From Bacillota bacterium (GTDB lineage Bacteria > Bacillota > Limnochordia > JAAZLZ01), in contig JAAZLZ010000138.1 of NCBI GenBank assembly GCA_012799075.1, positions 1-33,110 on the forward strand: a DNA stretch of 33,110 bases. The letters are read 5' to 3'. Positions 23,801-32,854 of this stretch are shown in pieces (the stretch's first letter is position 1; each line of letters begins with the position of its first letter). The notes beneath the pieces are model-generated. The model had not been told where the DNA came from. It saw only the letters and a list, made by a program, of their open reading frames with translations, and searched no databases. The translations under genes and the position numbers were made by a program.

Positions 23801-23876
23801 GCCCCCATCGTCTAGCGGCCTAGGACACCGCCCTTTCACGGCGAAGGCAGGGGTTCAAATCCCCTTGGGGGTACCA
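23801..23876 (+). tRNA. tRNA-Glu (anticodon UUC), CCA encoded
   Basis: GCCCCCATCGTCTAGCGGCCTAGGACACCGCCCTTTCACGGCG... closely parallels the canonical bacterial tRNA-Glu. The anticodon loop is CTTTCAC and the T-arm is GGGGTTCAAATCCCC. Terminal ACCA. Confidence 0.92.
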
Positions 23877-23887
23877 TGAAAATCTTG

Positions 23888-23914
23888 CCACCGACTGGGT
23901 TCGGTGGTTTTTTC
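23888..23914 (+). terminator. Rho-independent terminator after the tRNA pair
   Basis: CCACCGA-CTGGGT-TCGGTGG followed by TTTTTTC. Confidence 0.8.
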
Positions 23915-23919
23915 TATTC

Positions 23920-23948
23920 TTGACATATGCTTGTAAAAACACTAGGCT
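23920..23948 (+). promoter_or_regulatory. Candidate promoter (TTGACA-N17-TAGGCT) for the ABC-2 exporter genes
   Basis: Exact -35 at 23920-23925, a 17-nt spacer, and a weak -10 (TAGGCT) at 23943-23948. Confidence 0.35.
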
Positions 23949-23984
23949 GGATGGGGGAAAACGGTTAAGCAGGAGGGCGCATCA

Positions 23985-24947
23985 ATGGCACCCATCATCG
24001 AGGCCAACAACTTACGGAAGAGTTTTGGCGATGTGGAAGCAGTGGCCGACATCTCCTTCCGCATTGAAAAAGGAGAGCTGTTTGGCTTCCTCGGGCCTAA
24101 CGGGGCCGGCAAGACGACCACCATCAAGATGCTAACGGGCCTTGCTCGGCCGGATGGGGGGACCCTTTACCTTGGCGGCATCGACTGTACCGACGATCCG
24201 AAGGCGGCCCAGCACCTAATTGGAGTTGTTCCTGATGAAAGCAATCTCTATCCAGAGCTGACCGGGCTGGAGAACCTTTGTTTTTGCGCCGCCCTGTATG
24301 GGATGGACAAGTCCCGTCGTCAAGCCCGGGCCCGTGAGCTTTTGGATTCCTTTGGCCTTGCCCAAGCAGCCGACCGCAAGTTCGGCTCCTATTCCAAAGG
24401 GATGAAACGCAAGCTTGCTATTGCCGCGGGCATCATCCATCGACCGGCAATCCTCTTCTTAGATGAGCCCACCACGGGAATTGATGTCCTAAGCGCCCGG
24501 CAGATCCGCCAGCTGATCGCCGAGCTGCACCGCTTAGGGACCACCATCTTCCTCACCACCCATTACATCGAGGAGGCAGAAAGGCTGTGTGAACGGATTG
24601 CGTTCATCGTATCAGGGCGTATTGTCCGCATCGACAGCATCGAGCATCTCCTCCAGTCGGTGCAGGGCAAACACATGATGGAAATATCGTGGGCAAATCC
24701 CCTTGCCCATGGGGAAAACCTCGCGCAGGCCTTCCCTGAACTGACAGTTGAGACTTTGCTGCCGGGAACCATCCGGATCGAATCGGATGAGCCCATCCAT
24801 GTGGGGGTCCTGGTTCGCTTCCTAGAGGAGCAAGGCGGCCACGTCCTTGAGGCCAGGAGGATCCAGCCCTCCTTGGAGGATGTGTTTATCAACATTACCG
24901 GAATCAAGGGTGAAAGCATGCGAAACGAGGGAGGAAGGGGAGCATGA
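23985..24947 (+). CDS. ABC transporter ATP-binding protein (ABC-2/DrrA-like exporter subfamily)
   Basis: Walker A GPNGAGKTTT, signature YSKGMKRKL, Walker B ILFLDEPTTGID, an H-loop TTHY and a C-terminal accessory domain. RBS AGGAGGG. Confidence 0.88.
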   Translation: MAPIIEANNLRKSFGDVEAVADISFRIEKGELFGFLGPNGAGKTTTIKMLTGLARPDGGTLYLGGIDCTDDPKAAQHLIGVVPDESNLYPELTGLENLCFCAALYGMDKSRRQARARELLDSFGLAQAADRKFGSYSKGMKRKLAIAAGIIHRPAILFLDEPTTGIDVLSARQIRQLIAELHRLGTTIFLTTHYIEEAERLCERIAFIVSGRIVRIDSIEHLLQSVQGKHMMEISWANPLAHGENLAQAFPELTVETLLPGTIRIESDEPIHVGVLVRFLEEQGGHVLEARRIQPSLEDVFINITGIKGESMRNEGGRGA

Positions 24948-25681
24948 AGGGTTGGATCGCTTTCTGGAACATCTTCATCAAGGACATTCGCACCTATTAT
25001 TTGAAGCCCCCGAATATCAGCTGGGGACTGATTTTCCCCCTGTCCTGGACCGGCATGTTCTTCATCAGATCGGGAGCCGGACTGGAAAGCATCCCGGAAG
25101 TTTTGCCTGGAGTGACCGCCCTGTCCGTCTTGTTTGGCACCACCTCCATGTTGGCGGTGACCATCACTTTTGAAAAGAAGAATCGGACCTTTGAGCGATT
25201 GCTTCTTGCACCCATCTCCCTGGAACTGTTGATGTTGGCAAAAACCGCGGGGGCCATCTTGTTTGGCATCGCCAACGGATTCGCACCCCTTATCCTGGCT
25301 GGATTTGCCGCCGATCTGTCCGGCCTAGATCCGGTGATCTTCTTTCTTGGTTTGGTGATGGTAGCCGTCGTTTCAGCCTTCCTCGGGCTGTTCGTCGCTG
25401 TGGCCGTCCAGGAGGTTTTCGAGGCCCAAACCCTCTCCAACTTCTTTCGCTTCCCCATGATGTTCTTGTGCGGATTCTTCTTTCCCATCGAAAAGCTTCC
25501 TGTTTTCCTCAGGCCTTTGTCTTATGTTTTGCCCATGACTTATGGGGTGGACATCCTCCGGGGGGCAGTCCACGGGGGGAATAAGATGGCCTATGGGCTA
25601 AGCTTTCTTGTCCTAGGCGCATTTTGTGTGGGCCTCTTCTTCAAGAGCATCGGCAACGTCAGGCGCAATTGGATTATCTAG
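24944..25681 (+). CDS. ABC-2 type transporter permease
   Basis: 245 aa with six hydrophobic segments. The start overlaps the upstream ATPase stop in an ATGA, the usual arrangement for ABC-2 pairs. Confidence 0.8.
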   Translation: MKGWIAFWNIFIKDIRTYYLKPPNISWGLIFPLSWTGMFFIRSGAGLESIPEVLPGVTALSVLFGTTSMLAVTITFEKKNRTFERLLLAPISLELLMLAKTAGAILFGIANGFAPLILAGFAADLSGLDPVIFFLGLVMVAVVSAFLGLFVAVAVQEVFEAQTLSNFFRFPMMFLCGFFFPIEKLPVFLRPLSYVLPMTYGVDILRGAVHGGNKMAYGLSFLVLGAFCVGLFFKSIGNVRRNWII

Positions 25682-25727
25682 CTCTTTTAGCCCTAAACGA
25701 CCGGCTTGCTTGATCTTGCAGCGATAT

Positions 25728-25757
25728 GAGGCCATGCATCGGCCTTATTTTATTTTT
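25728..25757 (+). terminator. Weak rho-independent terminator after the ABC-2 permease
   Basis: GAGGCC-ATGCATC-GGCCTT is a 6-bp stem including a G-U pair, followed by ATTTTATTTTT. Confidence 0.45.
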
Positions 25758-25855
25758 CTCCCGCAGAAAGAAGGAAAGCCGGAGAAAAGGGCGAAGTGAA
25801 TCTTGTCCAACGGTAGCACCAATTAACGAAATCGTAACACGATAGGAGGAGCGGA

Positions 25856-26380
25856 ATGGACAGGGAGCTTTGGGAAAGGGCTGTTAAGTTTCATGGACAC
25901 CGGTGTCCGGGGCTGGCCATCGGGTTTAAGGCCTGCGAGGCGGCCAAGGAAAAGATGGGACTTGAGTTTTCGCCGGATGAGCAGATTGTCTGCGTCACGG
26001 AGAACGACGCCTGTGGGGTGGATGCGATCCAGCTCATTACAGGCTGTACCTTAGGCAAGGGCAACCTGCTGTATAAAGACAGGGGGAAGATGGCCTACAG
26101 TTTCTTCAACCGAAGCAGCGGGGACAGCCTCCGGATGATCCTAAAGCCGCTGCCGGAGGAAATGGATCGGGAAGATCGCCTGGAATACCTGCTAAATGCG
26201 CCTGCCGGTGAGATTTTCCGGTTCAGCACGCCGAATTTCCCGGTGCCGGAAAGGGCACGAATCTTGAAAACTGTCATTTGCGAAGTCTGTGGCGAGGGTG
26301 CAGCGGAGCACAAAATCCGGCTGAAGGAAGGCAAGAAAATCTGTCTGGATTGCTTCAAGGAGTATTCCAGGGGCTGGTAA
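25856..26380 (+). CDS. FmdE/FwdE-domain protein with C-terminal zinc ribbon
   Basis: The N-terminus AVKFHGHRCPGLAIGFKA is the FmdE-family signature. Followed by ENDACGVDAIQ..TGCT.GKGNL and a C-terminal CEVCGE...CLDC ribbon. Confidence 0.85.
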   Translation: MDRELWERAVKFHGHRCPGLAIGFKACEAAKEKMGLEFSPDEQIVCVTENDACGVDAIQLITGCTLGKGNLLYKDRGKMAYSFFNRSSGDSLRMILKPLPEEMDREDRLEYLLNAPAGEIFRFSTPNFPVPERARILKTVICEVCGEGAAEHKIRLKEGKKICLDCFKEYSRGW

Positions 26381-26393
26381 AAGGAGATGCGAG

Positions 26394-27440
26394 ATGGACA
26401 ACTACCGACGCTATACGGCCAACAAGGGCCTGGCGACGTTGGCCTTGGTGCTGCTGATCGGCATCGTCGCCATGATTGCCCTCAATGCCGGTTCAATGGA
26501 CTTAAATCCGCATCAGGTTATTCGCTCTATCATCGGCAAAGGCGCCGATGTGGCCGATATCGTCATCTGGCAGATCCGCTTGCCAAGGATCTTGGCAGCC
26601 ATCATCGCGGGAGCCGGATTGTCAGTGGCCGGTTGCGTAATGCAAAATAACCTAAGAAACCCGTTGGCCTCACCTTCCACCCTGGGAATAGCTAATGCAG
26701 CAGCCTTTGGAGCCAACATGGCCATCATCGTCTTTGGCGCTGGCAGCATCCGCAGCACCGGAGCCGATGCCGTCAACATATCCAACCCCTATTCCGTTGC
26801 CTTCTCGGCGTTTATTTGGGCGATGGCGGCCGCCTTGATCATCTTGCTCTTGGCCAGGACCCGCGGCTTCTCACCGGAGGCCATTGTCCTAGCCGGTGTA
26901 GCCTTAAGCTCACTCTTTTCGGCAGGCACCATCTTGATCCAGTACTTTGCCCAGGATGTGCAAGTTGCGGCCGCGGTTTTCTGGACCTTTGGCGACCTGG
27001 GAAGGGCGGCGTGGAATGAGGTCCTTATTCTATCCCTTATTGTCGCCTCGGCACTTATCTATTTCATGCTCCGCAGGTGGGATTACAATGCCCTCGATAG
27101 CGGTGAAGAGACTGCCAAAAGTCTTGGCGTCAATGTTGAAAGGGTCCGCCTAGGGGGGATGATGGCCTCATCCCTCATCACCGGGGCAGCTGTATCCTTT
27201 TTGGGCATCATCGGTTTCATTGGCCTAGTTGCTCCCCACATGATGCGGAGGGTGCTGGGGGGCGATCACAGACAGTTGATTCCAGCATCGGCCCTCGCAG
27301 GTGCGCTGCTGCTGTTGGTTTCCGACACGGTAGCAAGAACCATAATTGCACCGGTCGTTCTTCCCGTCGGGGCGATCACCTCTTTTTTTGGTGCGCCGCT
27401 ATTTCTTTACCTACTGGCAAGGGGGTATGAGCAGAAGTGA
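26394..27440 (+). CDS. ABC transporter permease, FecCD/BtuC family (second system)
   Basis: IRLPRILAAIIAGAGLSVAGCVMQNNLRNPLASPSTLGI, VAPHMMRR and a GAPLFLYLL C-terminus. RBS AAAGGAG lies 8 nt upstream. Confidence 0.9.
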   Translation: MDNYRRYTANKGLATLALVLLIGIVAMIALNAGSMDLNPHQVIRSIIGKGADVADIVIWQIRLPRILAAIIAGAGLSVAGCVMQNNLRNPLASPSTLGIANAAAFGANMAIIVFGAGSIRSTGADAVNISNPYSVAFSAFIWAMAAALIILLLARTRGFSPEAIVLAGVALSSLFSAGTILIQYFAQDVQVAAAVFWTFGDLGRAAWNEVLILSLIVASALIYFMLRRWDYNALDSGEETAKSLGVNVERVRLGGMMASSLITGAAVSFLGIIGFIGLVAPHMMRRVLGGDHRQLIPASALAGALLLLVSDTVARTIIAPVVLPVGAITSFFGAPLFLYLLARGYEQK

Positions 27441-28189
27441 TTCTAACAGTTGAAGGGCTAGAGTTTGAATACCCCAGCCGCCCAGTCCTTAAGGACATCA
27501 ACTTTTCCATTGCCAACGGGGATTTCCTGGCTGTCCTCGGGATCAATGGCGCCGGCAAGTCCACCCTTCTTAAGTGCATCAATAGAATCCTCCAGCCCCA
27601 AGTGGGGACTGTACTTATCCGGGGAGATGATGCCTCAAGACTCAGTCGACGGGAGTTGGCCAAGAGAATCGGTTATGTTGCCCAGCACCATGAAAGGACC
27701 AGGACAACTGTTTTTGATGCGGTGCTATTGGGAAGAAAGCCATACATCCAATGGGAAGCTTCAACCAAGGATATGGAAATCGTCCAGGAAGCTCTAACGA
27801 CCCTTGGACTGGACAGCTACGCCCTGCGATACGTTGATGAGTTGAGTGGAGGAGAGCGGCAGAAAGTAGTCATCGCCAGGGCCCTGGCCCAACAGCCCCA
27901 GCTCCTCTTGCTAGATGAGCCCACCCACAGTCTTGACCTGAAGAACCAGTTCGATGTGTCCCGGCTCATCAAAAGAATAATCAAGGAGGAGCAGCTAGCT
28001 GCCGTTGTGGCCATGCACGATCTCAATTTGGCCATGCGCTTCGCCAATAGATTTATGCTGCTCAAGGACGGTGTGATTTTCGCCGCCGGGGGCTTTGAAG
28101 TGATGACCCAAGAGAACATTGAGAGTGTGTACTCCCTGCCCGTTAAAATCAAGCAATTTGGGGATATACCCGTGGTGATACCTGCCTGA
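27437..28189 (+). CDS. ABC transporter ATP-binding protein, FepC/BtuD type (second system)
   Basis: Walker A GINGAGKSTLL, signature SGGERQ, Walker B LLLLDEPTHSLD and an H-loop MHDLN. The GTG start overlaps the permease stop (GTGA). Confidence 0.9.
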   Translation: MILTVEGLEFEYPSRPVLKDINFSIANGDFLAVLGINGAGKSTLLKCINRILQPQVGTVLIRGDDASRLSRRELAKRIGYVAQHHERTRTTVFDAVLLGRKPYIQWEASTKDMEIVQEALTTLGLDSYALRYVDELSGGERQKVVIARALAQQPQLLLLDEPTHSLDLKNQFDVSRLIKRIIKEEQLAAVVAMHDLNLAMRFANRFMLLKDGVIFAAGGFEVMTQENIESVYSLPVKIKQFGDIPVVIPA

Positions 28190-28214
28190 ATTATAATAAG
28201 GGAGTGGGTTAGCA

Positions 28215-29288
28215 GTGGTTCAAAGACATAAGACTTTGGCCGTTGTCATTTTTTGCCTACTGCTGGGAGCTGTTGGTCAAGCCCAAGGCGTTATGATAAC
28301 AGACATGACGGGCAGGCAGATAGAATTGCCCGCCCACGCTAAACGAATCATCGCCATTGGCCCCGGCGCCTTAAGGCTTTGCTCTTATTTCAAGGAGCCG
28401 GACATGATCGTCGGCATCGAACAGATTGACAAGGACAGCAGTATCGGCAGGCCCTATGTAATCGCCAATCCTTCTTATGCCAGTCTGCCTGTAATAGGAC
28501 CAGGGGGCCCCAATAATGCTCCCGATCCGGAGAAGCTCCTATCCGTCAAGCCAGATGTTATCTTCAGCACCTACGGGTCCGATAGGGCCTTCACCGACAA
28601 TCTGCAATCGAAAACCCACATTCCCGTTGTGGCCCTAAGCTACGGACAAACCGCGGTCTTCGATCCCGCCGTTTATGATTCCATCCGACTCATTGGCCAG
28701 GTCATAGGCAACGAGGAGAAAGCCCAAGGGATCGTGGATTATATGGAAATGTGCCGCCTGGACCTCCACAATCGAACGAAAGACATCCCCGATGCCGATC
28801 GGCCCAAGGTCTACATGGGCGGGGTCAACATGAAAGGCTCCCATGGCATTGAAAGCACCCAAGGAAACTACGCCTTGTTCAACGCTGTTAATGCCAAGAA
28901 CGTAGTCGACGAACTTGGCAATACGGGCTCCCTCATGATAGATAAGGAAAAACTGATTCAGTGGAATCCCGACGTTATTTTCCTCGATGAAGGCGGGCTG
29001 GAAGCGGTTGGGCACGATTACCAGAAAAACAGCCGCTACTATAAGGTCCTTGCGGCAGTTAAAAACGGCCGGATCTATGGGCAGCTGCCCTACAACTACT
29101 ACACGACCAATATCGATACGGCCATCGCGGATGCTTACTACATCGGCAAAGTACTCTATCCCCAGCAGTTCGCGGATATCGATCCAGCAGCAAAAGCCGA
29201 CGAGATCTATGAATTTCTCGTGGGGAAGGAGCTCTATTCCAAGATGGCAGCCGATTACGGCGGGTTCATGGTCCTCACCCTAGAATAG
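28215..29288 (+). CDS. ABC transporter substrate-binding protein, FecB/BtuF-like (second system, divergent long form)
   Basis: Signal peptide ...CLLLGAVGQAQG. Landmarks are RIIAIGPGALR, IVGIE, KPDVIFS and NPDVIFLDE. It is not closely similar to SBP1 or SBP2. Confidence 0.8.
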   Translation: MVQRHKTLAVVIFCLLLGAVGQAQGVMITDMTGRQIELPAHAKRIIAIGPGALRLCSYFKEPDMIVGIEQIDKDSSIGRPYVIANPSYASLPVIGPGGPNNAPDPEKLLSVKPDVIFSTYGSDRAFTDNLQSKTHIPVVALSYGQTAVFDPAVYDSIRLIGQVIGNEEKAQGIVDYMEMCRLDLHNRTKDIPDADRPKVYMGGVNMKGSHGIESTQGNYALFNAVNAKNVVDELGNTGSLMIDKEKLIQWNPDVIFLDEGGLEAVGHDYQKNSRYYKVLAAVKNGRIYGQLPYNYYTTNIDTAIADAYYIGKVLYPQQFADIDPAAKADEIYEFLVGKELYSKMAADYGGFMVLTLE

Positions 29289-29298
29289 GAGCTTATGC

Positions 29299-30522
29299 CT
29301 AGACCCGGGGCGGGCGCGATAGGATCCAGTCCACCACCGGGTCTTGGCCCCTCTTGTAATCGACGATGCTAGGTTCGATGATCACATCAGGAAGCAGCGA
29401 ATCAACATCTTCATTAGAATGCTTGAAGTACTTCTTGGAGTAGGTAACGGTGATCCCCGTATTCTTCAAGAACAAGGCTCCCACTTCCCCATAGTGATTG
29501 GGTTTGCCCCCCGTCGCCTCTCCAACAAAGGTTGCCTCCGTCGAGTCCTTCAGCTGCAAGGCATTGAGGATGGCCGAGGAGAAGGTCCTGCGGCCGATCA
29601 CAACAAACAGCCCATCGCGATCATTGAGGCTGCTCTTTTGAATCCGGCCTATGAAGGGTTGCATCACCAAGGAGTTGCCGCCGCTGTTGTTCCTTAGATC
29701 GACGATGAGCTTATCTACCACGTTATCCTCAATGACGGCAAACATTTCCTCTGTAAATTCCCGAAAGGGCTGCTCCATGTCCGCGCAGACGTTGTATTGG
29801 AAGTACAAAGTCCTATGTTCCGGGAGATACTCATACCAATAGTACAGGTCGCCATGGCGACGGTACAAGGGTCGCTCTGTTGTACCCAAAATGTATTTGA
29901 TTTTGTCCACATCCGCAGGGCTCACAACAACAACTTTCTCGCCCTGGTGGTCTGCAAAACCCATCTGGCAAGCATCATCAACAATCCCCAGCCCCTGCAT
30001 GATAGGGGGGATAAGGAGGTACTCAACGGCTAAACACTTGAAGGATGCTTCGTTTTCATGGGAAATGACACCTCTCAACTCGGCCAGCACCTTTTCCATC
30101 GGCTTTCCGTTGATTGTCTCCAGCTTCAGGTTGACTACTTCCGCATATTCTTCCGATGCAGCAATAGCGTAGATCCCTTCTTTGAACCAGTAAAACCGCA
30201 AGGGATAAATGCGGCCAAGCTCAGGGTAAACCACCGTATGTGCATCACCAACGGATGCAACAAGCCGGCTCAGTTCTACGATGAGCTCTTCGTCAGTCAG
30301 TTCATCGATCTGGTCCCTGATTTCCTCGGCTCTCCAGTAGAAGGCCTTCTTGTCCAGCTGGAAGAACAGATTCTTGTGCCTCTTGGGCAGTTCCTTCACC
30401 AAGAACTCCAAGTCATAGGCCCATGCATCATGTCTGTTATTGGCTGTCTTCGTTGTCTCCCTAGAGCAGCCAGTCAACAAGGCCAGGGTAATGACAAGGA
30501 CTATTCCGAGAACGCGCTTCAT
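29299..30522 (-). CDS. Peptidase S41-family (C-terminal processing/tricorn-core-like) lipoprotein
   Basis: MKRVLGIVLVITLALLTGC has a lipobox. It also has DLRNNSGGN and GRRTFSSA serine-protease motifs. The ATG at 30522 lies 8 nt after GAAGGGGG; the track start at 30540 is a TTG within the RBS. Confidence 0.75.
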   Translation of the reverse strand: MKRVLGIVLVITLALLTGCSRETTKTANNRHDAWAYDLEFLVKELPKRHKNLFFQLDKKAFYWRAEEIRDQIDELTDEELIVELSRLVASVGDAHTVVYPELGRIYPLRFYWFKEGIYAIAASEEYAEVVNLKLETINGKPMEKVLAELRGVISHENEASFKCLAVEYLLIPPIMQGLGIVDDACQMGFADHQGEKVVVVSPADVDKIKYILGTTERPLYRRHGDLYYWYEYLPEHRTLYFQYNVCADMEQPFREFTEEMFAVIEDNVVDKLIVDLRNNSGGNSLVMQPFIGRIQKSSLNDRDGLFVVIGRRTFSSAILNALQLKDSTEATFVGEATGGKPNHYGEVGALFLKNTGITVTYSKKYFKHSNEDVDSLLPDVIIEPSIVDYKRGQDPVVDWILSRPPRV

Positions 30523-30739
30523 CTCCCAGGCCCCCTTCAAAGTCGCTGGGAATGCTTTCGCTTCCCCTGTCTGTTTTCCTGCAGTTGCCCTCAGGAGGGA
30601 TTTCGCGGTCCATCAGTTGAACACTGAATTAGCGCAAGCCGGAAATGCCGTCTACAAAGGCGTTCTCACCCCTTTTTTGTCCATCCTTCGGGTCGGATGA
30701 GGATTGAACCGGCCGATCCATGTTCTTGGCCGACTCATG

Positions 30740-30781
30740 AAAAGCCAAAGCACCCTGCCTTGAGGTGGCGGGTGCTTTGGC
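30740..30781 (-). terminator. Rho-independent terminator downstream of feoB
   Basis: On the minus strand, GCCAAAGCACCC-N14-GGGTGCTTTGGC forms a 12-bp stem followed by TTTT. It lies 22 nt after the feoB stop. Confidence 0.8.
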
Positions 30782-30802
30782 TAAGGGAACTACTCCCAGG
30801 CT

Positions 30803-32830
30803 CTATGCGAATCCCAAAAGCCTTCCCCCCTGATACACGATGACTGCTAGGACCCAACCAAGCAGGAGAGTATACATCACCGCGAAAGCCGTCCACTTCC
30901 TTGATCCTGTTTCGCTGCGGATGGCGGCGATGGTCGCTGCACATGGAATGTAGACCAGGGACATCACCAAGAAAGCATAAGCTGACAGGGGAGTCCAATT
31001 GGCTTGGATTGCCTCGATGAGGCCGACTTGGCCAGTACCGTAGAGAACTCCTAGGGTGCCGACGATGAGCTCCTTAGCAATAGCGCCGAAGATCAGGGCA
31101 GCACCTGCCTGCCAAGTACCGAAACCTGCAGGTTTTAGTAGGGGAGCGAGGAGACTGCCAATTCTACCCATGACGGAATTTGGGCTGTCTGGACCGGTGC
31201 CGGGAGGCAGGTTGGATAGGGCCCACACCAGAACCACCGCGAGGAGAATGACCGTGCCCGCCTTATGGAGGAATTCCTTTCCCCGCTCCCAGGTTTGAAT
31301 CAACACCCCCGATAATCGCGGCAGGCGGTAGGGAGGCAGCTCCAAGACGAATGTGGCTGCTTCCTCCTCCTTAATAAATAGACTGAGGACCTTAGCTGCA
31401 ATGAGGGCCAGGAGGACTCCGAGGAAGTACAGGCTAAAGACGACCAACCCGCGGTGGTCGGCAAAAAAGGCTGTGGCAAACAGGACGTAGACAGGCAAGC
31501 GGGCTGCACATGACATAAAAGGATTAATAAGGATGGTGATCAGTCGATCGCGCTTGCTGTCAAGGGTGCGGGTGGCTAGTATGCCGGTAACATTGCAGCC
31601 GAACCCCAAAATCATGGGAATAAAGGCCTTGCCATGAAGCCCGATGGACCGCATCAGCCTGTCGGACAACAGCGCGGCCCGAGCCATGTAGCCCACATCT
31701 TCCAAAAGAGAAATCATCAGGAAAAGCATGAATATGGGCGGTGCAAATTCCAATACGGCCCCAAGACCGCCGAGGATGCCGTCCACCAAAAGACCGGTGA
31801 CCATAGCCGGCAAGCCTATGCCTGTCAGAACGTTGGCAAGGGCAGAGCCGGCCAGGTCGATGAGACTGGCCAAAGCATCGCTAAGGGGTTCACTTAAAGT
31901 GAAGGTAACTTGGAACATCGTCCAGATAACGGCAAAGAAGATGGGATAGGCAAGCCAGGGGTGCAAAGCGACCCGGTCGATGGAATGGGAGCTCCTGGAA
32001 AGCTCTGGCTCTGACCCCACCGACTTGGCTATCCTAGCCGCAAGCTCGTAGCGCTTTTCCGTGATCAGATCGGCGGGCTCTAGGCCGGAGGCATCGCGGA
32101 TGGAAGCCCAGGCCTCCTCAAGTTCGGCTTTCAATCGGGCTTTGTCTTGGGATGACTCCAGTTCCCTTAAGATGTCCGGGTCTTGTTCCAGGAGCTTAAC
32201 GGCCAGCCACCGCGGCGAGCGCCCCCGGCAAAGCTTCGGGGTGAGGGTTTCCGTAAGGCGGGAGAGCCTGTCCTCAACGGCGGGGCCGTAGTCTATGTGA
32301 AAATCTTGCCGAAGGGGTTTACTTGCCCTTTCAAAGGCTGAAGCTATCAACTCGTCGATGCCTTTGCCCCAGACTGCTGCCGTGGGCACAACTTCAATGC
32401 CAAGGGCTTGGGCCAGCTTTGGCACGTCAATCTCCAAGCCCAAATCCTCCGCCTCATCCATCATATTAAGGGCCATGAGCAGGGGAGCGCCCATCTCCAA
32501 AAGTTGAACGGTTAAATAAAGATTCCGTTCAAGGTTCGTGGCATCGACCACGTTGATGACCGCGTCGGGCTCCTCCCAAAGGATGAAATCCCGCGCGATG
32601 GTTTCATCGACGGCCCCTGAACTGAAAGCATATGTTCCGGGCAGATCGACAACCCGGGCCATATAACCGTTCTTAGTCAGAGTTCCTTCTTTCTTTTCCA
32701 CGGTAACACCAGGCCAGTTGCCTACGTGCTGTCTGGCCCCGGTCATAGCGTTAAACAAGGCCGTCTTGCCCGAATTAGGATTGCCGGCTATGGCAATAAG
32801 CGGTGTGGTCTGTAGAGTTTGGCTAATCAT
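30803..32830 (-). CDS. feoB: Ferrous iron transporter FeoB
   Basis: The N-terminal G-domain has IAIAGNPNSGKTALFNAMTG (G1), DLPGTY (G3) and NMMD (G4). It is followed by a polytopic membrane domain containing the gate motifs. 675 aa. RBS GGAGG. Confidence 0.93.
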   Translation of the reverse strand: MISQTLQTTPLIAIAGNPNSGKTALFNAMTGARQHVGNWPGVTVEKKEGTLTKNGYMARVVDLPGTYAFSSGAVDETIARDFILWEEPDAVINVVDATNLERNLYLTVQLLEMGAPLLMALNMMDEAEDLGLEIDVPKLAQALGIEVVPTAAVWGKGIDELIASAFERASKPLRQDFHIDYGPAVEDRLSRLTETLTPKLCRGRSPRWLAVKLLEQDPDILRELESSQDKARLKAELEEAWASIRDASGLEPADLITEKRYELAARIAKSVGSEPELSRSSHSIDRVALHPWLAYPIFFAVIWTMFQVTFTLSEPLSDALASLIDLAGSALANVLTGIGLPAMVTGLLVDGILGGLGAVLEFAPPIFMLFLMISLLEDVGYMARAALLSDRLMRSIGLHGKAFIPMILGFGCNVTGILATRTLDSKRDRLITILINPFMSCAARLPVYVLFATAFFADHRGLVVFSLYFLGVLLALIAAKVLSLFIKEEEAATFVLELPPYRLPRLSGVLIQTWERGKEFLHKAGTVILLAVVLVWALSNLPPGTGPDSPNSVMGRIGSLLAPLLKPAGFGTWQAGAALIFGAIAKELIVGTLGVLYGTGQVGLIEAIQANWTPLSAYAFLVMSLVYIPCAATIAAIRSETGSRKWTAFAVMYTLLLGWVLAVIVYQGGRLLGFA

Positions 32831-32854
32831 ATTTCATACCTCCGGGTAGGACTC

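Noticed and set aside
25758-25855. A possible cobalamin or other riboswitch upstream of the FmdE gene. The segment AAAAGGGCGAAGTGAATCTTGTCCAACGGTAGC vaguely resembles the B12 riboswitch core.
   Set aside because: The region is under 100 nt, lacks a B12 box and paired expression platform, and the resemblance covers only a few bases.
23653-30600. A genomic island integrated at the tRNA-Lys/tRNA-Glu locus.
   Set aside because: No integrase, recombinase, transposase or direct repeat of a tRNA 3' end is visible. Only a qualitative GC drop was seen, and that is reported separately at low interest.
30735-30998. An 87-aa ORF overlapping the feoB 3' end and its terminator.
   Set aside because: It is out of frame within feoB and runs through the terminator hairpin, with no RBS or motif.
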